Source: the human T2T-CHM13v2.0 reference genome, Homo sapiens. From it: a stretch of DNA of 64,000 nt. The notes under the pieces were generated by a model, which did not search any database, had not been told where the DNA came from, and saw nothing but the letters and a program-made list of their open reading frames with translations. The stretch lies in NCBI RefSeq assembly GCF_009914755.1, contig NC_060927.1. The stretch is one strand, 5' to 3'. A program made the translations under genes and the position numbers. Positions within the stretch are counted from its first letter, which is position 1, and each line of letters begins with the position of its first letter. Below are positions 31,445 to 50,624 of this stretch, piece by piece.

Positions 31445-31978
31445 CTTATAAGGGTCTACAAGGCCTTACATGCACTCCTGTGCTTATCCCCCACCCATCA
31501 ACGACCACCTCCACCACCACCCACCCTCATCTTTCAGACCTCATTTTCTAGCCTCTCCCATTGTTCACTCCACTCCAGCAGCAGTGACCTGACCTCCTTA
31601 TTGTCGCAGAATCTCCAGCATACAGCAGAATCTACTGCACTGGCTGTTCCTCTGTCTGGAACACTCTTCCTTGAGAGATCCTCGTAACTAAATCCTTTAG
31701 CTACTACAAGTCTAGCTAAAGTCTTGTTAATGAGGCCTCTTCCAGTCACACCATTTGAAATTGCAACATCCCACCACATACACTCAATCCCCCTTTTATT
31801 CTGTTATACATTTTGCACTGTACTGCCCACCTCCTAACATATTACACAACCAACTTATTCATGTTTTTTTCTGCCCTAACTATAAGCTCCACAAGAGAAG
31901 AAATTTTTGTCTGTTTTATCCACTGACATATCCCAGTGCCTAAAACAGTGCCTTACACATAAGAGACTCAGTATTTTT
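31445..31978 (+). mobile_element. L2 LINE 3' end
   Basis: taagctccacaagagaag...tgtctgttttatccactg...cccagtgcctaaaacagtgcc typical L2 terminus. Confidence 0.75.
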
Positions 31979-32443
31979 TTAATTATTAGTAAAGCTGGAA
32001 TTTCCTCCCAGGAAATCAGGCTCTAGAAGCTTAACCACCATACTACACTCTCTTTCTAATTATGGAATCACAGATAACAAAACAAAGGCATGTAGAAAAG
32101 TCACCCAAGGTCACATAAACCTAATAAAATGGCGAAACTTGGTCTCAAAACCAGCCTAAATGGGGTTTGGCAACATTACCTTACCTAGAATTTCCAGAAA
32201 AAGACTTGACTGTCTTAACAATAAAGAGATTCAACCTATTGATAAGTCCACTATAAACTTTATGAAACACTGTATCAAATGCACCATGGTAATTCTTAGC
32301 AACATAAATAGGTTAGTCCAATCTAACTTAATTTCCATTCTGTGTTTAAAAATAATGCTAGTAACAAATTTCAGAAGTACTCCTTCAGAAAAGCTACAAA
32401 AACTGCATGCATGTTGCAACAGATAGGAAGAGCTTCTTTCGTA

Positions 32444-32491
32444 TTTTCAAATATTTCACATTTCATGTTTTCAAATATTTCACATTTCATG
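32444..32491. repeat. Perfect 24-bp tandem duplication
   Basis: (ttttcaaatatttcacatttcatg)x2. Confidence 0.95.
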
Positions 32492-33391
32492 TAGACAGTT
32501 TCTACTGATACAGTATTTTCAAAGTATATCTTTACGTTGTTTGCAGAGTATACTTTTAGCCCACCAAATTATGTTTTAACTGTCATCTTTGCCTAGAAAA
32601 GTAAGATTGCTAAAGATGAAGTTTTATGAATTAACGTAGCAAGATCCAGATAAGAGATGTGTTAGAAGAAACTCCCACAAAAATTCTGTCAAGAATATAA
32701 ATTTCTGAAGCAATAAATAAAACCTTAATGTTACTCCTAAGTATGATCATCCTTTGAAAAGCCATTCATTGATAAAGAACATAGTTCTTGGTTAATTAAG
32801 GTAATCTTTCTAGAAAATCATTTTTAAAGTTTCAATGAAACGTGTAATGCTTACACATTAACTGTTTATGCTCCCATGAGCACTACCAAATAAAAAGGCT
32901 ACCTCTGCCCTTTAAATCAAAAGCCCAAAGCAATGAAAGGATAAATTACAGCACACATGGCATAAGAATCTGAAACTAAAAATGCTTACAGTCCTTTAGC
33001 ATCTTTTAACTAGAGCACATTTTACACATTATACATTTACACATTAGTCAAGTTATATTTTTAAATTAGTTCTTACTTTTATGATTTAATGAGCCTTTCT
33101 GAATGATGTTTTAAAAAGAATAAAAACTTGTTCCAGGCAAGAGATTTCTATGAATTTGGTTTGAATCTCTATAGAGTGACAATGCAAAGAACAGACGTAT
33201 GTGTTCTTTAAATTTATAGTAACTGCTTTCAAATTTAAATTTAAAGTTATTAAGATTCCCTCTAAGGAGTTATACTTTATATATTTTGAACTAAATGATA
33301 TCTGAATGGCCTAATAGTATATTTTTTATAACCATATCTATCCCAAGGATAACCAACCAATAAACTCAAACCAACCACCCCAGAAATCACC

Positions 33392-33694
<303 letters not shown>

Positions 33695-34539
33695 AGCAAT
33701 CACCCTTCTTAAGCCATTTTCCATTTCTACTCTCACAAAAAAAAAAAAAAAAAAATCAAGCCAAAATCTTTAAAACTTTGTAATTAGTGTGGTTACTGCA
33801 CTTAGCTGAGAAAGAAAATCCTACAAAGGAGCACTCAGATATATAGAAGCTGGCTGAGCAAAATGAGTAAAATAAAGCCATCAAGTGAAAATTTTCACCT
33901 ACCCTTGACCTTTTCAAATCAACTACCCAATACACATTTGTCAAACAAGAAACCAACTGTCCATCTATGTTAGAAAAAGTGATGCTACAAAAGCATTGTT
34001 ATAAACAATGCTACAAAAATAAGCATTTTATAAACTTTAAACTACTAAAGAGATAGAACTTTTAAATCTAAATCACCTGCTTCCAGAAGAAACATTCCAA
34101 AACTAACCTATCACAGTGAGGATGCTGCACTAACAAGCAACTATGTAATCCTTCCCCAGATAATGTAAATGAGTTTTTAAGGTTAGTAAGCCACCAAACT
34201 TAAGGAAAAGCTGTTTAATTCTTACATAAGTTTTTACTGAATAAACATTAATTTTGTAAATAATCATGATACACTTTGTACTATGATGATCAAGATCACC
34301 CAGGCAAACTTTGAAACAATCTTCTCAAAGATGAAACCACCATATTCTGATAAAGTACTTTAGAGTTTACAAAGTGCTTTCACATGCGACATTTCATTCC
34401 ACACCCCCTAAACACTCACACACAACTATCTGAGCAAGTATTATTGTTTGTCTCAGTTCTTTAGATGATGAAACAGGTTCAAGAGGTTAAGTAACGAAGA
34501 TTACACACCATCTTAGTGGCAAGACAAGGACTTCAACTA

Positions 34540-34840
<301 letters not shown>

Positions 34841-35224
34841 GCCATCAACCAGATCCTCCACCTCCTAATAAATGTCTACTCTAACATAACACCACAGGTA
34901 AGGTCATTTTCAAATTAAGATATATTTAACATTACTCTTAGCAATATTCTAGGAGTCAGAAAAAAAGTAAACATCTTCAAAGTTCAATGTAACACCAATA
35001 GACATAAATTTTGAAATGAAGATGCTATTTACAATGATAGGTACATATGTATATAATCAGAGAAAACTCATCATTTTTATTACATAAAGTTACTGTAATA
35101 ATGAAGGGAACCCTAGAAAAGAATATAGAAATGCCCACTTAAAAATTAAAGTTTAACACTTCATTTAACTTTGATTTTTAAAGTGTCAATTCTTTGTCAT
35201 CAAAAACATGTTAAAATACTATTA

Positions 35225-35416
<192 letters not shown>

Positions 35417-35766
35417 TCAAAAATAACAAGAATGGAATTACTAGTTTTAATATGAAATATAATTAAATATGGTCATTTAAAAACTTGTAAGTGGGCCACA
35501 AAAAGCCATACTCCATTTCCAGTCCATCTTTTGATATTTCTCACCTTATTCAATGCCAGAACCAATCCGATCTACTCTGTCTAGAATACATGCCCAGAAT
35601 TACACTAGGCACTGAACACAATGTAGAGGTGTGCCTAAACATAAAAGAAATCATACAGTCACTGAGCGAAGGGAATCATTTTTAATCTGATTAGGAAAAC
35701 TGAGATTTGCCATAAGAATCAATTAGAGAATACTAAGAAGTAGCTGCAAAGGAGCCCAGTGATTCC

Positions 35767-35900
35767 GTTGTTGTTGTTGTTAGTGATGGAGTCTCACTAC
35801 ATTTCCCCAGGCTGATCTCAAACTCCTGACCCTCAAGTGATCCTCCCACCTCAGCCTCCCAAGTTGCTGAGATTACAGGTGTGAGCCACCATCCCCAGCC
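35767..35900 (-). mobile_element. Alu monomer
   Basis: Antisense left arm with (gtt)n tail. Confidence 0.8.
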
Positions 35901-36369
35901 AGAAACACTAGCTTCTATTAATGTACGGTGAACATGTTCTTATTTTGGGCCAATTTATTCTCCATTGGAAAACTAGGCAATGTAAAAGCACGACAATTTA
36001 TCTTACCTTTTCCAATCTATTAATTAGAATAAATCAGTTGCATAATACAAGATTTTCAGTCTTTTTTTGAAAAATGTTTAAGAGTGCTAAAATGCAGTAA
36101 CGTATTACGGGAATAGTTGAAACATCTTAAGTACAATCTATTAAACACATCTTTGAAGAAAATGCTCAGAATTCAAAAACTCACTTTAATTAACTAAATA
36201 ACAAAATTCTGTTTATGTGTAGACGCACAGTAAAACAGTATGCATCTATTCCCTAGCAACCTCTTGAGCTGGATATGACTGACCTCACAAAAACCTTCTG
36301 AGTGTCAGATAGTGTGGTTTATAAGTGAAGCACACATTTTATATAATGCTTAGAAGTAAACAAGGCTGT

Positions 36370-36540
36370 ACATTTTTAAATAACTAAAATAATATAATTG
36401 GATTGTTGGTAATACAAAGGATAAATACTCGAGGAGATGGATGCCCCATAATCATATTATGCCTGTATCAAAATATCTCATGTACCCCATAAACATATAC
36501 ACCTACTATGTACCTACAAAAATTAAAAATTAAAAATAAA
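36370..36540 (+). mobile_element. L1MA 3' end fragment
   Basis: cctgtatcaaaatatctcatgtaccccataaa...A-rich tail. Confidence 0.8.
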
Positions 36541-36579
36541 TTTTAAGTTCACAAAGCACATAATTATATACCATTATTT

Positions 36580-36621
36580 TCAGACGAGATCGGGTGCGTT
36601 CAGGGTGGCATGGCCGTAGAC
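36580..36621 (-). pseudogene. 5S rRNA retropseudogene (first 42 nt, tailless)
   Basis: Minus strand gtctacggccatgccaccctgaacgcacccgatctcgtctga vs human 5S 5' end GTCTACGGCCATACCACCCTGAACGCGCCCGATCTCGTCTGA (2 mismatches); 18-bp TSD tatataccattattttca. Confidence 0.93.
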
Positions 36622-37426
36622 AATATATACCATTATTTTCAATGCTGAAATAACTGCCTGGATTGAGATGATGCAGGGACTTCAACTTCCAGTTCAGATA
36701 AAATGGCCTAGATCTGTTCTCCTACTGCCCCTACTCACGAAGCACAACTGTAAACCACTGAAATAATAAGCAAAGGAAAATCCAAAGGTGGTAAAAAGGC
36801 AGTAAACCAAGTTGGGACCCAAGGAATGGAGAAACAAAAGAGCAGCAGAGTGTTTCATGTCCTCACACCCAATAGAAGAAGACAATCCAGACCTGGCATT
36901 TCCCAACCACCAATCTAGCAACAGAAAGCAGCTCAGATAGTCACATTCCTCCGCCAAAACAAATGGCAACAACTCTCTGATGTTGTCCTGAAAACATCAG
37001 GAGAAGGAGATCAACTTGAAGCCCAAATGACAATAAAGACCACAGGAAGCACTCTTCTTCCCTATTTGGCCTGAGGCTGTTTTCCACCTAGAGACAGAGA
37101 GGCAAGTAGGCGAAATTCAGGGACCCAGCCATAGCAAGTGGCTCAGGTTGGGCCAAGAACCTCTTCACTTGCCCAAAGTTACCAGGACAGGCGAGAAAAG
37201 AAGAGACCAGTAGGTGGGTCCCACCATAATCCTCTCCCATCTGTAGACAATCAGAAACCCAGCATGGGGAAACCCCTTCCAGTGGGAGCTCCAGTAGGAT
37301 CAAACAAACCAAGTAGACTGCAAAGTCTCTAAAAATTAAACTGCCACTAGAACCACAGCCCACTCCTAAAATAAAAATTTAAATAGGGCCCAGAGCCTCC
37401 TAAGGTAACAGATAAAATGTCCATGA

Positions 37427-37794
<368 letters not shown>

Positions 37795-38060
37795 TCAACC
37801 AAAGCCAAAGTAGAGGGTAAATCAGATGTTGGAATTTGACAAGAATTTTTAAGCAAAAGTTTCAACAATATATTAACAAATTCTACTGCAACAAGTGAAA
37901 AAAAAAACAGCCATAATAAAAATGTTTCCACAATTATACATTATCCAGAAATAAGTGAAAAAATGGAAAATCTCAGCAAAGAAACAGAAGTTATTAAAAA
38001 AAGAAGCATAGTCTTCAGATACCTACTACAGAAAAATTTAAAAAAAAAAAAAAAAGCAAA

Positions 38061-38345
38061 GCCAGCTGCAGTAGCTCACACCTGTAATTTCAGCACTTTG
38101 GGAAGATGAAGCAGGAGGATCACTTCTGCTCAGGAGGGTAAGACCAGCGTGGGCAACACAGTGAGACCCCATCTGTACAAAAAAAATTTACAAATTAACT
38201 GGGCATGGTGGCACACACCTGTAGTCCCAGCTACTTGCCAGGCTAAGGTAAGAAGATTGCTTGAGCCTGGGAGGTCAGAGCGGTAGTGAGCTGTGATCAC
38301 ACCACTGCACTACTGCCTAGAAAAAAAAGTAAATAAAATAAATAA
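38061..38345 (+). mobile_element. Alu (AluJ-like)
   Basis: Diverged dimer. Confidence 0.85.
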
Positions 38346-38387
38346 GCAAATAAATAAAAACTAAAAAGAAAAAAATTAAGACAACTA

Positions 38388-38717
<330 letters not shown>

Positions 38718-39749
38718 GGGGGAGGGGGGGGAAATGGAAATCATGGGGAAGAGAATCGTTGAACTTGAGGACAGAAAAGTAGAATTCACCCAATCTGAAC
38801 AAGAGAAGAAAATAAATTGAAAAAAGTAGTAGCTTTAGGGAACTACAGGGCAATAAAAAAAAAAAAATCCAACATTCACACCATCAAAGTTTCATAAAGA
38901 AGGAAGAAAGGGAGTGGGGCTCAAACACTACTTGAAGAAATGATAACTGAAACGTACTCAAATTTAGGAACACTAACTTGCAGATCCAAATAGCTAAGCA
39001 AATACAAAGAGGATAAGCCTAACGAAATTCACTCTAACATCATAATTAAACATTCAAAAACTAAAGACAAAAAAAAAACCTTGAAAGCAGCCAGAGAGAA
39101 ACAACACATTACCCATAAGGGAACACCAATTCAAATGACACCAGATTTCTCATCTCAAACCACAGAGGCCAAAAATAAAAGTGGCACAGTATTTTTCAAA
39201 TATTGGAAAAAATGCAACTGCCAACTGGGAATTCTATATCCAGTGAAACTGCCCTTCAGAAATAATAAGGAAATAAAAGTATATTCTCAAATGAAGAAAA
39301 GTTAAAAAAAAAAAAGTCTCTAGCACACCTATCCATAAAAGACTGGCTGAAGAAAATTTGCTGAACATAAAGAAAATGATTTTTTTAAAAAGGAATGTTG
39401 AAATATCAAAGAAGAAACAACAGAAAGAACGGAAATATAGGTATAAACAAGACTTTTTCTTGGTTAGTTTTATAAATCATATTACATGATGGAAACAAAA
39501 GTTATAACACCATCTGATACTCAAGACAATTATATTTAAAATTGGAGAAGGTGAAAGGTAAAATAAAAGTGAGGTTTCCACACTTCTGTTGAAGTATAAA
39601 AGTTGATATTAGTAGACTAAGTCATGTATGCATATAATAACCAAAACAGCCACTACAAAACTGAGATAGACTCAAAACAACATTATAAATAAGTCAAGAT
39701 GGAATCCTAAATAAAGGTTCTAGTAATCTGCAAGGAGACAGGAAACAAA

Positions 39750-41555
<1,806 letters not shown>

Positions 41556-43120
41556 CTGAGTAGATTTTTTTTTAATGGCCCAATTATATGTTGCTTGCAA
41601 GAAATTTAAATTCAGCAACATAACAAGTTAAAAGCACAAGAATGGAAAGACATGACAATAAATTTTTTAAAGCAGAGTGGCTACATTAATAACACAATCA
41701 ACCAACATGGTCTTCTTGACATATGTAGAGAATATTCCACTCAATAACAGCAGAATACACATTTTTCTTAAGTACCCATGGAACACTCACCAAGGCCATA
41801 AAACAAACCTCAAAAAACTTAAAAGAACTGAAATGGTAACAGTGTATTTTCTAACCAGTAACTAGAAATCAGTAACAGAAAGACAACAGGAAAATCTCTA
41901 AATAGAGCAATAAACAACACACTTTTAAAAAGTCCATGGATGAAAACAGAAGTCTCAAAATTTTTAAATATACATAAAAATAAATGAAAATAAAAACATA
42001 ATACACATCAAAATACATGGGATGCAGCTAACAACAATCAGACGCACTAAATGCTTACATTAGAAATGAGGAAAGATGTCGAACCAGTAATTGAATTACC
42101 AAAAGAAACTAAAAAAGAGCAAAATGAAGCCAAAGCAAGAAGGAAGGAATTATTAAAAGAAGAAATAAAAGAGGAAAATAGAGAAAATCAATTAAGCAAA
42201 AAATTTGTAAGCCTCTATCAAAACTAACAACAACAACAACAACAACAAAAAAAGACAAACAGAAGACACAAAACATCAGGTATGAAACAGAACATCAGTA
42301 CAGATCCTATAGCAGTTTTAAAAGAATATAAGGGAATATTACAAACAATTTTATGCTCGTAAATTTGACACCAACTTCACAAAACCACATTAGCAAAACA
42401 CAACCAAGATGAAACAGAGAATATAAATAACCCCATAGCCATTAAATAAAACTGACTTCTTAATTTAAAAGCCCCCCCAACTGCTGCCAAAAAACAAAAA
42501 ACAAAAAAAAACCTGCAGGCTCAGATGGCTTCACTGGTGAATTCTACCAAACATTTAATGAAGAATTAATACCAACTGTTCACAAACTCTTCCCAAAACT
42601 TGGGGAGAATATTCTTCAACTCATTTTATGAGATCAGCATTACTGTTACCAACACAAGACAAAGACATCACAAGAAAAGAAAATGACAAGCCTATAACTC
42701 TTACAAATGTAGCTGCAAAAATCCTCAACAAAATACTAACCAAATCTACCAACACATAGAAAGGATTATGCATGACCATGTAGGATTTATCTCAGAAATG
42801 CAAGGTTGGCTTAAGATTTGAAAATCAATATAATACACCACATCAATAGAACAAAGTCCAAAAACTTTTATTTTTGGCAGATCATCTTAGATGAAGAAAA
42901 ACATTTGATGAAATACAACACCATTTACACAATAAAAACACCCAACTAGGAAAGGGAACTTCCTCAACCTGATAAAGGCCATCTATGAAAAATCAAAGCT
43001 AATATCATATTCAAAAGTAAAATAATAAGTGCTTCCCCCTAAGATCAGAAAGAAGACAAGGATGTCTACTCTTGCTACTACTTCTATTCAACACTACAGT
43101 AGAGGTTCTAGCAAGGTAAA

Positions 43121-43483
43121 TGATATGATTTGGTTCTGTACCCCACCCAAATTTGATCTCGAATTGTAATCCCCACATATCACGACAGGGACCTGTAATC
43201 CCCACATGTCAAGGGAGGAAGATGATTGGATCACACGAGCAGTTCCCCCATGCTATTCTCATGATAGTGAATGAGTTCTCAAAAGATGTGATGGTTTTAT
43301 AAGCAACTGGCATTTCCACTACTTGCATTTCTCTCTTCAGCCAACATGTGAAGAAGGTCCTTATCTCCCCTTCATCTTCTGCCATATTTGTAAGTTTCTT
43401 CAGGCCTCCCCAGCCAATTAAACCTCTTTATAAATTACCCAGGCTTGGGTATTTCTTTATAGCAGTGTGAGAATGAACTAATC
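43121..43483. mobile_element. THE1 (MaLR) solo LTR, THE1D-like
   Basis: tgatatgatttggttctgtaccccaccc...attaaacctc..tataaattaccca...tttatagcagtgtgagaatgaactaat. Confidence 0.85.
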
Positions 43484-44181
43484 CCCAAAACTTACTGTAA
43501 ATTTTGCTTAATTTACAGTAAATTAAGCAAAAAACTGAATTAAATGGCATTAATATTGGGAAAAAAAACTGTCTCTATTTCCAAATGACATGATCATATA
43601 TATAGAAAACCCTATGGAATCCACTAAAGCTACTAGAATAAACAAGTTCACCAAGGATGCAAAATTTACAAAAATCAATTATATTTCTGTACACAAGCAA
43701 TGAACAATTCAAAAATAAAATTAAGAAAATCATAAGCACTTATAATAGCAGGAAAAAAATAAAGTACTTGGTAATAAATTTAACAAAACAGGTACAAGAC
43801 ATGTACACTGAAAACTACAAAACATCCCTGAAAGAAATTAACAAAGACCTAAACAAACATCTAATGTTCATGGATTGAAAAATTTCATATTGTTAAGAGG
43901 AAAATACTTCACCAAATCACCTACTGATTCAGTGCAACTCATATCAAAACCCCAGAACCTTTCTTTGCAGAAATGGACAAACTAATGCTAAAATTCATAT
44001 GGAATTGCAAAGGACCAAGAAAATCCAAAACAATCTTGAAAGAAAAGAACAAAGTTAAAGGATGCATACATTCTGATTTTAAAACTAACAAAGCTACAGT
44101 AATCAAGACACTGTGGTACTGGCATGAAGATAAACATATAGATCAAGGAATAGAATTTAGAGTCCAGACTTAAATAACTAA

Positions 44182-44480
<299 letters not shown>

Positions 44481-44635
44481 AGTCAACCAATTTTTTGACA
44501 CCAAGACAATTCAGTAGAGAAAGAAGTCTTTTCAACAAACCAGTGCTAGAACCAAGGAATATCTACATGCAAAAGAATGAAACTGAATACCTTCATCATC
44601 CCATATACAAATATTAACTCTAAATGGATTAAAGA

Positions 44636-45150
<515 letters not shown>

Positions 45151-46343
45151 AGCTATCCAACAGCAACAGCATCAAAAACAATACTTAAACTTAACTAAGG
45201 AGGCAAAGACTTGTATGCACTGAAAACTACAAAACACTGATGAAAGAAATTGAAGACACAAATAAATGGAAACACATCCCATGTTCATGGATTAGAAGAC
45301 TTAATGTTAAAATGTCCATACTACTCACAGCGATGTACAGATTCAATACGATCTCAATGAAAACCCCAATGGCATTTTTTACAGGAATACAAAAACAATC
45401 CTAAAACCCAAACAGAACCACAAAAGCCCCCGAATGTAGCCAAAACAATCTTGAAAAAGAACAACAAAGCTAAAGGCCTCACACTTCCTGATTTCAAAAC
45501 ACATTAAAACAGTATGGTACTGGCATAAAAACAAAACATACAGACCAATGGAACAGAACAGAAAGCCCAGAAATAAACCCAGGCATACAGAGGCAACTGA
45601 TCTTCAAGAAAGGTGCCAAGAATCCACAACAGGAAAAGAACAGTCTCTTCAATAAATGGTACTGGGAAATCTGGGCAGCTATATGAAAAAGAATTGAAGT
45701 TTGACCCTCATTTTACACCATACATAAAAGTCAACTCAAAATAGATTAGAAACTTTAATAAGGCCTGAAACTGTAAAACTCCTAGAAGAAAACATGGGAG
45801 AAAAGCTTCATGGCACAGCCATGATTTCTAGGATTTGACACCAAAAGCACGGGCAACAAGCGTAAAAACAGACAAGTGAGATTACATCAAACTAAAAAGC
45901 TTCGCAGAGCAAACAGATCAATCAACAGAGCAACTAGGCAACTTATGAAATGGGAAAAAATATTTGCAACTACACATCTGCTAAGGGGCTAAAATCCACA
46001 ATATACAAGGAACTCCTACAACTCAATAGCAAAAAATAACAAATAGCCTGCTTTTCAAATGGGAAAAGGACCTGAAAAAATATTTATTCAAAGACAACAT
46101 ACACAAGGCCAACAGGTATATAAGCAGATGCTCACCATCAGTAATCATCAGGAATATGCAAATCAAAACCACAATGAGATACCATCTCACACCAGTAAGA
46201 ATGGCTATTATTAAAAATCATAAACTAACAGATGTTGGTGAGGCTGTGAAGAGAAGGGAACACTTAAATATTGCTGGTGGAAATGTAAATTAGTTCAGCC
46301 ACTGTGGAAAACAACTTCAAGATTTCTCAAAAAACTTAAAACA

Positions 46344-46500
46344 GGCCAGATGTGGTGGTTTACACCTGTAATCCCAGCACTTCAGGAGGCTGAGGCAGGA
46401 GGATCACTTGAGTCCAGGAGTTTGAGGTTGCAGTGAGCTATGATCTCACCACTGCACTACAGCTCAGATGACAGAGCCAGACCCTGTCTCAAAAAACAAA
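46344..46500 (+). mobile_element. Alu monomer or deleted Alu
   Basis: Flanked by acttaaaacag repeats. Confidence 0.8.
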
Positions 46501-46804
46501 CAGACTTAAAACAGAGCTACTATTTGACCCCACAATCCCATTACTGGGTGTATATCCAAAAGAAAGAAATCATTATACCAAAAAGATACATGAACTTGTA
46601 TGAACAACCATTATCCAAAAATAACAATAACAAGTATTGGCAAGGATGGAGAAATTGTAAACCCTGTGTACTGTTCATAGGAATGCAAAATGGTGCATAA
46701 TATTTTTTTTAAAGTTCAGAGGTTCCTCACAAAACTAAAAATAGAACTACTGTATGTTCCAGAAATCCCACTTGTGCATATTTATCCAAAAGAATTGATA
46801 ATGG

Positions 46805-47149
<345 letters not shown>

Positions 47150-47157
47150 TAACTACA

Positions 47158-47475
47158 GCAGTAGTCCCCAACCTTTTTAGCACCAGGGACTGGTTTCACG
47201 GAAGACAATTTTTCAATGGGTCAAGGATGGTTTCAGGATGAAACTGTTCCACCTTAGATCATCAGGCATTAGATTCTCAAAAGGAGCATGTAAAACAGAT
47301 TCCTCACCTGCGCTGTTAAAAATAGGCTTCACGCTCCTAAGAGAATGTAAGAGAATCTAATGCCACTGCTGATTTGACAGTAGGCAGAGCTCAGGCAGTA
47401 ATGCTCACTCACCTGCCACTCACTTCCTGCTGTGCAGCCCAATCTGTAACAGGCCTCCGACTGGCAGCAGTCCAT
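47158..47475 (-). mobile_element. MER1B hAT-Charlie transposon
   Basis: gtccccaacctttttagcaccagggactggtttcacggaagacaattttt is the reverse complement of the MER1A end at ~535-590. Confidence 0.85.
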
Positions 47476-47631
47476 ATATATATACACACACACAATGGAA
47501 CATTATTCATCCTTAAAGAAGGAAATTCTATAACGTTGACAACATGGATGAACCTTAAGAACATTATAAGTGAAACAAGCCAGTCACAGGAGGCCAAATA
47601 CTGTATGATTCCACTTTTTATGAGGGATTTA

Positions 47632-48061
<430 letters not shown>

Positions 48062-48224
48062 GCGCAGTTGCTATTCAATGGGTATTGTTTAAGCTATCCA
48101 AAATGAAAACGTTCTAGAGATCTGCTGTACAACATTGTGCTTATAATTAACAATACTGTATTGCACACTTAGAAATTTGTTAAAAGGATAGGTCTCATAT
48201 TATGTATTTTTTATTACAATAAGA

Positions 48225-49215
48225 AAATTTTAACTGTTATGCTTCAAAAGACACTATCAAGAAAGTGAAAACAACCCACAGAATTGGAGAAGATATATGC
48301 AAATCATTTACCTGATAAGTCTAACATCCAGAACATATAAAGAACTCTAAAAACCCAACAATAAAAAGACAACCCAACTAAAAAACAGGCAAAAGATCAG
48401 AAGACATTTCTCCAAAAAATACATACAAATGGCCAATAAGCAGATGAAATGATGCTCCACAGCATTAGCCAACAGAGACATGCTAATCAAACCATGAAAT
48501 ACTGCTTCACACCCACCAGCATAGCTATAATCAAAAAGACAGTATGAAGTGTTATCGAGGATATGGAGAAACTGGAACCCTCATATACTGCTGATAGAAA
48601 TGTAAAATGGTAAAGCTGCTTTGAAACATAGTCTGGAAGTTACTCAAATGGTTAAACAGAGGTACCACATGACTCAGCAATTTTTCACTCTTACATACAC
48701 ATATACACAAAAGAAATGAAAACAAATGTTCACATAAAAACTTGCACATGGACGTTCACAGCAGCATTATTCACAATGGCCAAAAAAAAAAAACAAAGTG
48801 GAAACAACCCAACAACTGATGAATGAATACAAAAAAAAGTGGTAAACCCATATAATAGATTACTATTCAGCAATAAAAAGGAATGAACTGCTGACACATG
48901 CTACATCATGTAACATTACACTAAGTAAAAGAAGCCAGACAAAAAAGATCATCTACTTTATGATTCAATTCATATGAAATGTCCAGAACAGGCAAAGTCC
49001 TAGAGACTGAAAGTAGACTAGTAGTTGCCAGGGACGGGGAGGAAGAGGGAATGGAAATTGACTGCTAATGGGTAGTTTCTTTTTAGGGTGATGAAACTGT
49101 TCTAAAATTGATTATGCTGATGGCTGTATGCCTCTGTACACTGAAAACAACTGAACTGTATAGCTTAAGTGGGTGAATTGTATGGTATATAAGTTATACC
49201 TCAATAACACCGTTT
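48225..49215 (+). mobile_element. L1MB-type ORF2 end and 3' UTR
   Basis: gggtgatgaaactgttctaaaattgat...gggtgaattgtatggtata..ttatacctcaataa terminus. Confidence 0.8.
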
Positions 49216-49254
49216 AAGGAAAACTATATGATGGCTGGAATTTGCTTCAAAATA

Positions 49255-50268
49255 ACATGGAAGATCTAAGTAAACGGAGAAATATCCTGTGGTCACGGAC
49301 TGAAGGACCTCTATCTTAAAAAAAAAAAAAAAAAGATCTTCTCAAATTCAACTATAGGTTTATTCAATTCCTATCAAACTCCCAGCAAGATTTTTTTTGT
49401 AGATACAGATGTGATTATTCTAAAATTTATATGGAAAGGCAACAAAACCAGAAGAGCTAAAACAATCTTGACAGAGAAGAATGAAGTGAGAGGAGGCACT
49501 CTACTCGATAAGACTCACTATAAAGCTATAATAATCAAGACAGCGTGGTACTGGAGGGAAGGCAGACACACTTATCAATGGAAGAGAATACAGAACCCCA
49601 AAACAGACCAATACAAATATGTTCAACTGATTTTTGAGCAGTTTGGAAGTTTTTTAAATAACTAAACATGTACTTGCCATACAACCCAGCAATCCCACTC
49701 TTGGGCTTTTATCTCAAAGAAAGGAAAACTTTTGTTTACAAAAAACGCTGTACACAAATGTCCATAACCTCTTTATTCATAATAACAAAATACTGCAACA
49801 TACTAAAAGTTCTTTAACAAGTGAATGGCTAAACAAAGTATGTATGTATACAAAGTATACATACATAAACAAACTATGTCATTCTGGAAAGAACAAAACT
49901 ATAGATAGTAAACAGTTTGCCAGGGTACAAGGAGGAGTGTTGGAATGGGGTGGGAACATAAAGGGATAGCAAGAGGAGTTTCCTTTGTGATGATGCAATA
50001 GTTCTGGATCTTGGTCTTGGTGGTAGTTACATGAATTTATATATGGCATAAAATTGCTAGAACTGTGAACACACAAAAATAAGTGCAGGTTTAAAAAGCA
50101 GTGAAAATGATATAAATTCTGTAGTGTGGTTAACAGTAATATACCAATGTCAATTTCCTAGTTTTGATGTCTTACTAGAAATTTATTAAGATGTCTGGGT
50201 GAAGGGTACACAGGACTATGTACTAATTTTGCCACTTCCTGTGAGTCTATAATTTTTTCAAAATAAAG
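49255..50268 (+). mobile_element. Further old L1M (L1MC/MD-like) fragments
   Basis: ORF 49411-49665 reads ILKFIWKGNKTRRAKTIL...HYKAIIIKTAWYW. Confidence 0.75.
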
Positions 50269-50269
50269 G

Positions 50270-50410
50270 TTTTTTCCTTTTTTTATATAGTAGGGACAGA
50301 GTTTCGCCATGTTTCCTAGGCTGTTCTTGAACTCCTGAGTTCAAGAGATTCACCTGCCTTGGTCTCCCATAGTGTAGGGATTACAGGCATGAGCCACTGT
50401 GCACAGCCCA
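50270..50410 (-). mobile_element. Alu monomer (FLAM)
   Basis: Antisense left arm, aataaag(g/t)ttt flanks. Confidence 0.8.
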
Positions 50411-50445
50411 GAATAAAGTTTAAAAAAAAAAAAATTAACATGTGA

Positions 50446-50624
<179 letters not shown>

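Noticed and set aside
36580-36621. Functional 5S rRNA gene
   Set aside because: Only 42 of ~120 nt, no internal promoter, flanked by a TSD
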